The notes: a model not told the origin generated them from the letters alone. Positions 9,274 through 16,433 are shown, numbered from the stretch's first letter. The stretch is DNA of 32,000 bases from Copranaerobaculum intestinale (GCF_009831105.1 NZ_WUUQ01000001.1:330001-362000), one strand, 5' to 3'. A program made the numbers and translations.

Positions 9274-9768
9274 GTGAAATCAACAGGAATAGTACGTCGT
9301 TTGGATGATTTAGGCAGATTGGTAATACCCAAGGAAATTCGTAAACAATATCGCCTGAAAGAGGGCGATTCTATAGAGTTTTATATTGATCAGGATCGGA
9401 TCATCATTCAAAAATATGATCTGCTGTCACGTCATGTGGAAGAAATCAAGATCATGTGTGAAACTCTGACAGCTATGTTTGAGGATACCGTTTTGTTTAT
9501 GCAGGATGAAATGCTGGCAAGTCATGGAAAAACCATCTCAGAGGGATTCGCAAAGAAATGTAAAGTACATCGTATAACGCACTTTGAACAGCAGGCGGTA
9601 TATGAAAATGATCCTGCACTGTATAACGGTGTGTTATATCCGGTAGTAGCCTATGGTGACTGGTATGGAGCGTTTGTGGTATTATATGATAAACGGGAGC
9701 TGAGTGAATCGGAACTGGCTGCGGTAGAGGCTTTTGCGAAAGTTTTAACTCGCCAACAGGAACAATAA
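9274..9768 (+). CDS. spoVT: Stage V sporulation protein T (AbrB-type N-domain plus GAF-like C-domain)
   Basis: GTG start with SD AAAGGAG 9 nt upstream. N-terminus MKSTGIVRRLDDLGRLVIPKEIRK is the SpoVT/AbrB swapped-hairpin signature. Length 164 aa, and position after mfd as in Bacillus. Confidence 0.88.
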   Translation: MKSTGIVRRLDDLGRLVIPKEIRKQYRLKEGDSIEFYIDQDRIIIQKYDLLSRHVEEIKIMCETLTAMFEDTVLFMQDEMLASHGKTISEGFAKKCKVHRITHFEQQAVYENDPALYNGVLYPVVAYGDWYGAFVVLYDKRELSESELAAVEAFAKVLTRQQEQ

Positions 9769-9798
9769 ATGATACACTAATCCTAGCGAGGTGAGGAT

Positions 9799-10089
9799 AT
9801 GCGTTTAGATAAATATCTGAAAGTAGCGAGGATTCTGAAACGGCGCAGTGTTTCCAAGGAACTGGCAGACAGTGAACGTGTCTATGTGAACGGACGGGTG
9901 GCCAAGCCCAGTACCGATGTAAAGGTCGGCGATGTAATTCGGGTTTTATTTGGAAATCGGGAGATAACTGTACGCGTATCGATGATTCAAAAACAGGTTA
10001 GTAAGGCAGAAGCCGGTACAATGTTTGAGATCATGGAAGAAAAATTCATAAAAAAAGCAGATGATGAATCATCTGCCGGGCAGCTGTAA
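9799..10089 (+). CDS. rqcP: S4-domain RNA-binding protein YabO/RqcP (Hsp15-like ribosome quality-control factor)
   Basis: MRLDKYLKVARILKRRSVSKELADSERVYVNGRVAKPSTDVKVGDVI is a typical S4 domain. Small size and synteny with spoVT/yabP support the call. Confidence 0.8.
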   Translation: MRLDKYLKVARILKRRSVSKELADSERVYVNGRVAKPSTDVKVGDVIRVLFGNREITVRVSMIQKQVSKAEAGTMFEIMEEKFIKKADDESSAGQL

Positions 10090-10101
10090 TAGCTGCTTTT
10101 T

Positions 10102-10947
10102 TCATGGAAGGGTGAAGGGAAAGGGCATAATGAATTCCTGTGGTCCCATGTATCCTGCTGCACATTTATACTTTTCAAAATAAATAACAACTTGTTTTTT
10201 ATCATTGATATAAAAAGCTTGGTCTTTTTTGATTTCAAAGGTATCAAAGAAAACAAGGCTGTTATCCTTTGCCTTTCGCTCATCCATTTGTCTCAAAACT
10301 TCAGACCGTACTACATCCGCATAGTTATCACCATAAAGATCCTGTAGGGTGAAGGTCTTTCCGATTTTAATATTAAGGTTATAGAATGTGGTATGAGTAT
10401 AGGCGGCAGCACGCACAGCAGAGACGGTTACCTGAAAGGACAGATAGGTATCTTTATTATAAGTAATTGCATAATCACCGGTAATCTTTGTTTTACCGGA
10501 TGCCGGTGAGAGCTTGTTTTCTTTCTCAAAATCGCGAATTTCTCGAATCTCTTTTTTAGATTGTTCGATCAGTAAATTCATTTGTTTTTCTATTTCACGG
10601 TTAACCTTTTGTTCAAGTTTTGGGTTCCCGGTATTTTCAATTTTCGGAATAATCACATCAAACTGTGCAAAGGCATCCGTTTCCTGATAATTGCGAATAC
10701 AGATTATTTTCGCTGCATCGCCGATGATCGGCAGCTTAAAAACGCTTTGAGCGAATACTTTTGATGTATTAACCGCAACACCGAAGGATAGAACGATCGC
10801 AGCGGCGGCACATCCCGTTCCGATAAAAATTTGCCTTCTTTTACGAGATCTTGAAGCAGTATGAATAGCCTGATCGATGAAGGTATCTAAATCTTTTGGG
10901 ATTTCGATCTCTTCATATTCTGATTTTAAATCATCTATTTTCTTCAT
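10102..10947 (-). CDS. RsiV-like membrane protein (short N-terminal anti-sigma-like segment, TM, DUF4163 plus DUF3298 ectodomain)
   Basis: N-terminus LKSEYEEIEIPKDLDTFIDQAI, a single TM (IFIGTGCAAAAIVLSFGVAV), then KLPIIGD. The C-terminal FYINDKKQVVIYFEKYKCAAGYMGPQEFIMPF matches the DUF3298 signature (F.ey.vApy..G...f.ip) as I remember it from B. subtilis RsiV. Confidence 0.7.
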   Translation of the reverse strand: MKKIDDLKSEYEEIEIPKDLDTFIDQAIHTASRSRKRRQIFIGTGCAAAAIVLSFGVAVNTSKVFAQSVFKLPIIGDAAKIICIRNYQETDAFAQFDVIIPKIENTGNPKLEQKVNREIEKQMNLLIEQSKKEIREIRDFEKENKLSPASGKTKITGDYAITYNKDTYLSFQVTVSAVRAAAYTHTTFYNLNIKIGKTFTLQDLYGDNYADVVRSEVLRQMDERKAKDNSLVFFDTFEIKKDQAFYINDKKQVVIYFEKYKCAAGYMGPQEFIMPFPFTLP

Positions 10948-11048
10948 CCTATCACCGCCTCTTCTCTTTGGTATAATATGTCCGATATTCCTGCTTCAAC
11001 ATGTTTACAGTGTACCATTTTCATAATCCTGACACAAGCATGCGGGTG

Positions 11049-11077
11049 TCATAAACCGATTGAATCTTTCATATTCT
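11049..11077 (+). promoter_or_regulatory. Possible sigma-E type promoter for yabP-yabQ (TCATA-16-CATATTCT)
   Basis: TCATA at 11049-11053 and CATATTCT at 11070-11077, about 20 nt upstream of the yabP ATG. Only a partial match to the ATA-16/18-CATACAnT consensus. Confidence 0.25.
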
Positions 11078-11097
11078 TTATCAAGAGGAGGATATAT

Positions 11098-11397
11098 ATG
11101 ATAGACGATACGAATAATCCATTGCGTTTTGAAACAAACCCTTATCACAATGTGGTATTGAAGGATCGCAAGATCATGGAACTGACCGGGGTAAAACAGA
11201 TTGACAGCTTCGATGCGAATGAGTTCCTAATGGAAACGGCACAGGGTTGGATGGTTGTGCAGGGTAAAGATTTGACCTTGGATAAACTGGATACGGAACG
11301 CGGTGATGTAGTAATTCGCGGGCTGATCGAAAGCATGAGTTATGTTTCTAATAAAAAAGGCGGTAAAGATTCTATGATGTCCCGTATCTTTAAATAA
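11098..11397 (+). CDS. yabP: Sporulation protein YabP
   Basis: Start moved to ATG 11098 (SD AGAGGAGG). HNVVLKDRKIMELTGVKQIDSFDANEF...VVQGKDLTLDKLDTERGDVVIRG is the YabP family pattern. yabQ follows with a 1-nt overlap (TAATG). Confidence 0.88.
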   Translation: MIDDTNNPLRFETNPYHNVVLKDRKIMELTGVKQIDSFDANEFLMETAQGWMVVQGKDLTLDKLDTERGDVVIRGLIESMSYVSNKKGGKDSMMSRIFK

Positions 11398-11858
11398 TGC
11401 TGCTGGGACAGCAGGTACAGTCAATTCTATATCATTTGATGATGGGATGGCTCTATGGCTGTACCTTTAGTTTTCTTGAATATCTATTAAAATACGTTAG
11501 ATTTCGTTTTCTGAAAGGCACGGGAGAAATCCTTTTTCATCTAATATTTACACTGCTGATGTTTCGCGGTTTGTTTTTTATAAACGGGGGAGTAACCACC
11601 CTTTATCTGATTGTCTTGTTTTTAGTTGGAATATATCTTTTTTACCGCTTTTATTTTATGATTTTTACACATATATATAAACAAATAGGCCGGTTTTTCA
11701 GACCGCTCTTCCAATCTCTGGCTATTGCCAAAAAGAAATTTGTTGGTATAATAAAAGTACCGATTAGAAAATGGAAGAGAAGGAGGAAGCTGCGTGAGCG
11801 AAGTAAGAAGCATTCAGGACACGAAGAAAACGGCAAAGAAAAAGCGTCGCCCGCTTAA
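11397..11858 (+). CDS. yabQ: Spore cortex biosynthesis protein YabQ
   Basis: Small polytopic membrane protein immediately after yabP, with a basic C-terminal tail. The call is driven by synteny. Confidence 0.7.
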   Translation: MLLGQQVQSILYHLMMGWLYGCTFSFLEYLLKYVRFRFLKGTGEILFHLIFTLLMFRGLFFINGGVTTLYLIVLFLVGIYLFYRFYFMIFTHIYKQIGRFFRPLFQSLAIAKKKFVGIIKVPIRKWKRRRKLRERSKKHSGHEENGKEKASPA

Positions 11859-12129
11859 AGTGATGATGAGCACCTTAGCTTTTGCCATTGCTTGCCTTCT
11901 GACATATGATTCTTTGAAAGAAGTATTTACCACGATTCAACTAAAACAGAATATTGAGGCTTCCGAACAGGAGCTGGCACAGATTAAAAAGGATACTAAG
12001 GAATTGAAAACCGAAAAGAAGAACCTGGAAGATCCTGATTATGTGCTGCGATATGCGCGCGGTAAATTTATGGTTACCAAAAAAGTAGACGGAGAGCAAG
12101 TATTCAAGCTGCCGAGCAAAGATAAATAA
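11794..12129 (+). CDS. divIC: Septum formation initiator DivIC/FtsB family
   Basis: GTG start with SD GAAGGAGGA. Shows a basic N-segment (KKKRRPLK), a single TM, a coiled coil (EQELAQIKKDTKELKTEKKNLEDPDYV) and the DPDY..RYAR motif typical of DivIC/FtsB. Confidence 0.85.
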   Translation: MSEVRSIQDTKKTAKKKRRPLKVMMSTLAFAIACLLTYDSLKEVFTTIQLKQNIEASEQELAQIKKDTKELKTEKKNLEDPDYVLRYARGKFMVTKKVDGEQVFKLPSKDK

Positions 12130-12155
12130 AGACTGTTGTGAAGCAGTCTTTTTTT
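12128..12155. terminator. Bidirectional hairpin terminator between divIC and the HNH gene
   Basis: AAAGACTG (12128-12135) pairs with CAGTCTTT (12144-12151). It has an A-rich 5' flank and a T run on the 3' side, and overlaps the stop codons of both convergent genes. Confidence 0.7.
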
Positions 12156-13197
12156 ACTGTTTTTTAAAAATATGTTGGCGATGATAATCGAGAAACATCC
12201 GGCGAGTTTCATTAAGGTAAGGCTTTCTAAGTACATCATCAGTGTGAATCGCATAGGCATATTCCAGATTTTCTTTTGCTGCCAGCTCTTCGCTGATCAT
12301 AATTGATCCATCATCCTGAAAGGATATATAGCCCTGATCAAACAGGTAGTCGTGATTGCGGCACAGCAGCAGGCCGTTGTGATAATCGCTGCACTCATAT
12401 ATGTGTGCACAGTCACGAAACGGTTTAATGTGTGAGGCAATCAGCATATGCGGAAGATCAATGCCGCAGAGCGGACAGCAGTGCTCAAATTCATGAAAAA
12501 GCGTATCCTTATAGAATGTCTGCAAAGCCTTGGTTTCTTCACGTTCACAGGGGATGCCGGTACGGGGAATAATATCCATAATAATTTTTCGATAGGGATA
12601 GTCGATCATTTTCATATCAGTATTTCGGTAAGGAATCGACTGATCTTCATGGTTGACGATATCGGCTGTATATAAGGCGCATAGGGTTGTGGATACCAAG
12701 GGGTGCAATTCATCATATTCCATAATGATATGGGCTGCATCACTTAGCAGCAGCGGATTGATGCGGTAGGTATCCTGCTTGATTTCATAAAGTACCGTTT
12801 CTTTTAAAAGCTTAAAAAAAATCGGAGAAGGCAGAAGCGATGCGAGTTGTGCATCGCTTAGAAACGGATTGGTTTTGATCAGCTCACGAAATTGATTGCG
12901 ATAGTCATTATTGCGTATTAAACATTCCAGCAGAGCAAGAGCTTCCACTTCTGTGGAAGGATCACTTCGAGACATGATTGTAGCTGACGGACTTAAGTCA
13001 ATGCCGCGGGGAACATGGCGAAAAAAACGCAGTTCATCCATCTGTCTCAGCAGCTCAGCTGTTTCGGAAGCTTCCATTTGGATATTTTCCTGATTCAGCT
13101 TCTGTTGAATCATCAAAAGAGCTGTATCAATCGTTATACCATTTGTCTCAATTGCATCAAGAATGACTAGAATTTTTTTAAAAACAGATTTCTTCAT
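12154..13197 (-). CDS. HNH_2/COG3440-type HNH nuclease with an uncharacterised ~240-aa N-terminal region
   Basis: C-terminal core HCCPLCGIDLPHMLIASHIKPFRDC....NGLLLCRNHDYLFDQGYISFQDDGSIMIS (H-N-H residues plus CxxC). Start moved to ATG 13197 (MKKSVFKK), SD AGGTGA 6 nt upstream. Confidence 0.8.
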   Translation of the reverse strand: MKKSVFKKILVILDAIETNGITIDTALLMIQQKLNQENIQMEASETAELLRQMDELRFFRHVPRGIDLSPSATIMSRSDPSTEVEALALLECLIRNNDYRNQFRELIKTNPFLSDAQLASLLPSPIFFKLLKETVLYEIKQDTYRINPLLLSDAAHIIMEYDELHPLVSTTLCALYTADIVNHEDQSIPYRNTDMKMIDYPYRKIIMDIIPRTGIPCEREETKALQTFYKDTLFHEFEHCCPLCGIDLPHMLIASHIKPFRDCAHIYECSDYHNGLLLCRNHDYLFDQGYISFQDDGSIMISEELAAKENLEYAYAIHTDDVLRKPYLNETRRMFLDYHRQHIFKKQ

Positions 13198-13243
13198 ATG
13201 ATCACCTTTTTTTCTATTATAACCGATATTTTTAATTTTTTCG

Positions 13244-13262
13244 CACGATGACATCAATCGTG
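13244..13262. promoter_or_regulatory. Inverted repeat CACGAT-N7-ATCGTG (with nested GATGaCATC) in the divergent control region of the HNH/AT-hook pair
   Basis: Read directly. It lies just upstream of a perfect minus-strand TATAAT (forward ATTATA 13216-13221) that sits 18 nt before the HNH ATG. Confidence 0.35.
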
Positions 13263-13320
13263 GGAATTCGACAAATTGAAACCCTTACAATGTAACCAAT
13301 AAAGGAGCGTGAAAGCACAT

Positions 13321-14007
13321 ATGAAAGGACCAGGAATCAAGGACTACCTACATATACTAAATCAGAAAAAAATGAATGCATTACAGGCCGGAGAAACTAC
13401 ATTAGAAATTAACTCCAAACAGCTTCATGAAGAGGTATCACCGCAGCATGCGACGATGCCGACTTGTTGTCAGGCAATTTACAAGATGCTGCTTGAGGGT
13501 GATGAAATTATTCGGAGACCAAAGGGAACCACAGGATTTGGTTCGCATTTAACGGTTAAATTTCATTTAAATGATATGGAAAATCGTAACCGCATGTTCC
13601 CTGACAAAAAACGCGGCCGTCCCGCAAAAAGCGAAGAAGAAAAACGAATGGCTCGCAAAGCAAAAATGAAGCATAATACAGAAGATCTCAGCAATCTAGT
13701 AAAATCATGGCTTGAGGAGCATGGTTGGCAATATGAAGAAAATAAAGACTATATTGAAGCGCAGAGCGATCAAAAGCGCTGGGTCATCAATGTTCAAGGC
13801 ATCAAACGAGGCCGCCGTCAGACATTGCCGGTTAAACTGAGTGAAGTCATTAAACGTATAGATAATGTGGATACACACTATAGTATTGCATTTAATGATT
13901 CCATTACATACCGGCGTCAGTGGAACGAAATTCCTGAAGCAGTCAAGGAAAGTTTAAATATGAGTGTTATTCTGGCTGATAAAAAAGGAAATATCACAGA
14001 ACTGTAA
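13321..14007 (+). CDS. Hypothetical protein with an AT-hook (KKRGRPAK) linker between two uncharacterised domains
   Basis: ORF 13309-14007. ATG 13321 is preferred because the SD AAAGGAG ends 1 nt before GTG 13309. The RGRP core is encoded at 13612-13623 inside a Lys/Arg/Glu-rich linker. The N-domain contains MPTCCQAIYKML...PKGTTGFGSHLTVKFHL. The C-domain contains WVINVQGIKRG....HYSIAFND. Confidence 0.65.
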   Translation: MKGPGIKDYLHILNQKKMNALQAGETTLEINSKQLHEEVSPQHATMPTCCQAIYKMLLEGDEIIRRPKGTTGFGSHLTVKFHLNDMENRNRMFPDKKRGRPAKSEEEKRMARKAKMKHNTEDLSNLVKSWLEEHGWQYEENKDYIEAQSDQKRWVINVQGIKRGRRQTLPVKLSEVIKRIDNVDTHYSIAFNDSITYRRQWNEIPEAVKESLNMSVILADKKGNITEL

Positions 14008-14043
14008 TAGTGTAACCATGTAAGCATAAATTATCAGCAATAG

Positions 14044-14073
14044 AAAAAGATCGTCATCATGACGATCTTTTAT
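14044..14073. terminator. Bidirectional terminator (perfect 10-bp stem) between the AT-hook gene and chrA
   Basis: AAAGATCGTC (14046-14055), loop ATCAT, GACGATCTTT (14061-14070). An A run precedes it and a T run follows. Confidence 0.8.
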
Positions 14074-14639
14074 AATTGGAAGACAATACCGATAACTGCT
14101 GCAGAAGCAATCCAAACGATTGGATGCAGCTTTTTATAACGGTTAGAAAGATAATAGAGAATAACAAACAATACTATACATGGCAGGTTGAATAGGGTAA
14201 GTACATTTATGGATCTGTCCTGCAGGGCATCCATATGAAAGAGAGCAGTGCCAAAGATAGTGAGTCCGGCTGATGCTATTAGGGCGGTAACAGCAGGGCG
14301 CAGACCATAAAACAGCGCCGCGATAAGGGGACTGTCTTTAAACTGCTTCAATAGCTTTGCGACAATACAAATGATCATGATGCTTGGGGCAATCAAGCCC
14401 AGAGTTGCCAATATTCCTCCCCAAACTCCTGCGGTATGGAAACCGGCAAAGGTCGCCATATTAATGCCGATTGCACCGGGTGTGGATTCGGATACCGCAA
14501 TCATATCAGCCAGCATGCTGGTAGTAAACCAGTGATATCGGTTAATCAGTTCACTTAAAAACGGAATGGTGGCGAGTCCTCCGCCGATCGCAAACAGACC
14601 GATTTTAAAGAATTCATATATCAGGGTCAAATATATCAT
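14070..14639 (-). CDS. chrA: Chromate transporter (CHR) family protein, short-chain, second half
   Basis: FKIGLFAIGGGLATIPFL...W.T...F.D.IAVSESTPG pattern. Overlaps the upstream partner by ATGA. Confidence 0.85.
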   Translation of the reverse strand: MIYLTLIYEFFKIGLFAIGGGLATIPFLSELINRYHWFTTSMLADMIAVSESTPGAIGINMATFAGFHTAGVWGGILATLGLIAPSIMIICIVAKLLKQFKDSPLIAALFYGLRPAVTALIASAGLTIFGTALFHMDALQDRSINVLTLFNLPCIVLFVILYYLSNRYKKLHPIVWIASAAVIGIVFQL

Positions 14640-15184
14640 TGGTCAGATGTCTCCTTTGTGAATTTTACTTTCAGAAAACCGGCAAATGCCGCTGAAACCA
14701 CGATTGCTACTGTTGGTACTCCGGTAAAAGAAGCAATGAGGAGCACAATGGCAAAAATAACCGCACCGTAACGGTCTTGAATACCTGATTTCCACAATTT
14801 TACGACAGCGTTCAAAATTAATACGCATACTGCAACCCGAATACCGCTGAGAGCATGCTGCACCACTGCAAGACTGGAATAATTCTGAAGCAGGGATGCA
14901 ATAACCAAAATAATGATGATGGATGGAAATACTACTCCGATCGTAGCGATAATACCACCTAAAATATGTTTGCGATAATAGCCCACAAAAGTAGCTACAT
15001 TTACCGCGATGATGCCAGGGGTACACTGAGCAACAGCGTAATAATCCATAATTTCTTCCTGCGTAGCCCATTTATGCTTTTCCACGATTTCTTTTTCGAT
15101 CAATGGCAGCATGGCATATCCGCCTCCAAACGTGAAGGCTCCCAGTTTACAGAAGGTATAAAATAAATCCCAATATTCTTTCAT
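14636..15184 (-). CDS. chrA: Chromate transporter (CHR) family protein, short-chain, first half
   Basis: Start moved to ATG 15184 (MKEYWDLF; SD AGAGGGGA). Shows FCKLGAFTFGGGYAMLPLIEKEIVEKHKW....AQCTPG. Confidence 0.85.
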   Translation of the reverse strand: MKEYWDLFYTFCKLGAFTFGGGYAMLPLIEKEIVEKHKWATQEEIMDYYAVAQCTPGIIAVNVATFVGYYRKHILGGIIATIGVVFPSIIIILVIASLLQNYSSLAVVQHALSGIRVAVCVLILNAVVKLWKSGIQDRYGAVIFAIVLLIASFTGVPTVAIVVSAAFAGFLKVKFTKETSDQ

Positions 15185-15257
15185 AAAATCCCCTCTTTTT
15201 CTGTTTTTTATTATACGGTACCAGGTTCTAATAGGCAAGGCAGGAACGGATGCTTTC

Positions 15258-15286
15258 TTGCTTTTAAAAGGGTGGTGTGCTATATT
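15258..15286 (+). promoter_or_regulatory. Sigma-A promoter with extended -10 for the SIS gene (TTGCTT-17-TGcTATATT)
   Basis: TTGCTT at 15258-15263, TGC at 15278-15280, TATATT at 15281-15286. Confidence 0.5.
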
Positions 15287-15290
15287 ATTA

Positions 15291-15305
15291 ATGACATATT
15301 GTCAT
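15291..15305. promoter_or_regulatory. Perfect palindrome ATGACA-TAT-TGTCAT (candidate operator) between the -10 and the RBS of the SIS gene
   Basis: Read directly. It sits 5 nt downstream of the -10 hexamer and 8 nt upstream of the SD AAGGAGG. Confidence 0.45.
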
Positions 15306-15323
15306 AACATATAAGGAGGAAAT

Positions 15324-16433
15324 ATGGAAACGAAAGAAACTATGATGGATTATATCCTGGAAACCCCGAAAGCTGTTTTAGCGAATTTACAGCGAGCAGA
15401 GGAGCTGACCAAACCGCTGGTTGATCTATATTTGCGAAAGGAATATCACAATATTGTTTTGGTAGCGTCAGGTTCATCTTATACATCCTGCAACTGTGCT
15501 CGTTTATATGTTGCGGAAACGCTGCATACCGATGTGAAAATTGTCACTCCATATAATTTTGCTCACCATGACTATAAGTTACTTCGCGATGATGACTTCT
15601 GTGTATTATTGTCACAAAGCGGAGCCAGCACAAACGGCGTTGAGGTACTGAAAAAGCTGAAAGAGATCAATCATGAATCTATTTCACTGACCGGCACCGA
15701 GGACTGTGACTTTAAAGATTACAGCGATTATCTGCTGGATTGGGGAGTGGGTATTGAAACTGTCGGTTATGTTACAAAAGGGGTAGAAACGCTGACAGAA
15801 TATTTGATGATGTTTGCAACATATGCAGCGAAAGCAAAGGGATTCATCAAAGCGGAACGTGTGAATGAAGTAAAAGCACAGATTACGCAGGCTATGGAAA
15901 TGCATAAAGAAGTGTGTGATCAGACAGAAGCATTTTTCAAATCCCATATGAAAGATATGACTTCTATGAGTAAAGCATATGTTTGCGGCTGCGGAACCAA
16001 CTATGGTACTGCGATGGAAGGTGCTTTAAAGGTTGGTGAAGCAGTTAAGATTCCTGCGATATGCTATGAATTGGATGAAGTACTTCACGGACCGGCACTG
16101 CAGTTAGATCCTGCGTATACTGTGTTCCTGATTGACAGTGGGGATGAAACTAGTCAGCATGCCGTAGATCTGTATCATGCAATGAGTTATGTTACTGATC
16201 ATATCTATATCCTAACAAATGATAAATCGGTGGAGGATGCACGTGCAATTCGTGTATCTAAGCCTTGTGAAGAACCTTTCACATGTTTCTATTATCTTCC
16301 ATTCTTTCAGTTGATTGCACATTATTCTGCAGAAGCATTAAACAGCTGGGATAAACACCCGCTGTATTTTGAAATGAATAAGCGTGTCGATTTCCGAACT
16401 CCAAAATTCCGCGAAAAAGTAAGTCCAAAATAA
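15324..16433 (+). CDS. Double SIS-domain sugar-phosphate isomerase/deaminase (GlmS-isomerase / AgaS / FrlB-like)
   Basis: VLVASGSSYTSC and LLSQSGASTN in the first SIS domain; a second SIS-like half follows (VCGCGTNYGTAMEGALKVGE). No glutaminase domain is present. Confidence 0.7.
   Translation: METKETMMDYILETPKAVLANLQRAEELTKPLVDLYLRKEYHNIVLVASGSSYTSCNCARLYVAETLHTDVKIVTPYNFAHHDYKLLRDDDFCVLLSQSGASTNGVEVLKKLKEINHESISLTGTEDCDFKDYSDYLLDWGVGIETVGYVTKGVETLTEYLMMFATYAAKAKGFIKAERVNEVKAQITQAMEMHKEVCDQTEAFFKSHMKDMTSMSKAYVCGCGTNYGTAMEGALKVGEAVKIPAICYELDEVLHGPALQLDPAYTVFLIDSGDETSQHAVDLYHAMSYVTDHIYILTNDKSVEDARAIRVSKPCEEPFTCFYYLPFFQLIAHYSAEALNSWDKHPLYFEMNKRVDFRTPKFREKVSPK

Noticed and set aside
10978-11097. 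N-terminal 40-codon extension of yabP in the ORF track (MSDIPASTCLQC...).
   Set aside because: There is no SD at 10978, the extension is Cys-rich and unlike YabP, and a strong SD (AGAGGAGG) precedes ATG 11098. The region more likely holds the divergent promoters.
13198-13257. 20-codon N-terminal extension of the HNH ORF (MMSSCEKIKNIGYNRKKGDH).
   Set aside because: ATG 13197 has a proper SD (AGGTGA, 6-nt spacing), while the upstream ATGs do not. The extension would also cover the -10 element and the palindromic control region.
12128-14073. Idea that the HNH/AT-hook module is a horizontally acquired island, judged from composition or mobility genes.
   Set aside because: By eye the GC content (about 40-42% in sampled 60-nt lines) matches the flanks. 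I see no integrase, transposase, tRNA or direct repeats at the borders. The island claim is therefore not made; only the insulated two-gene architecture is reported.
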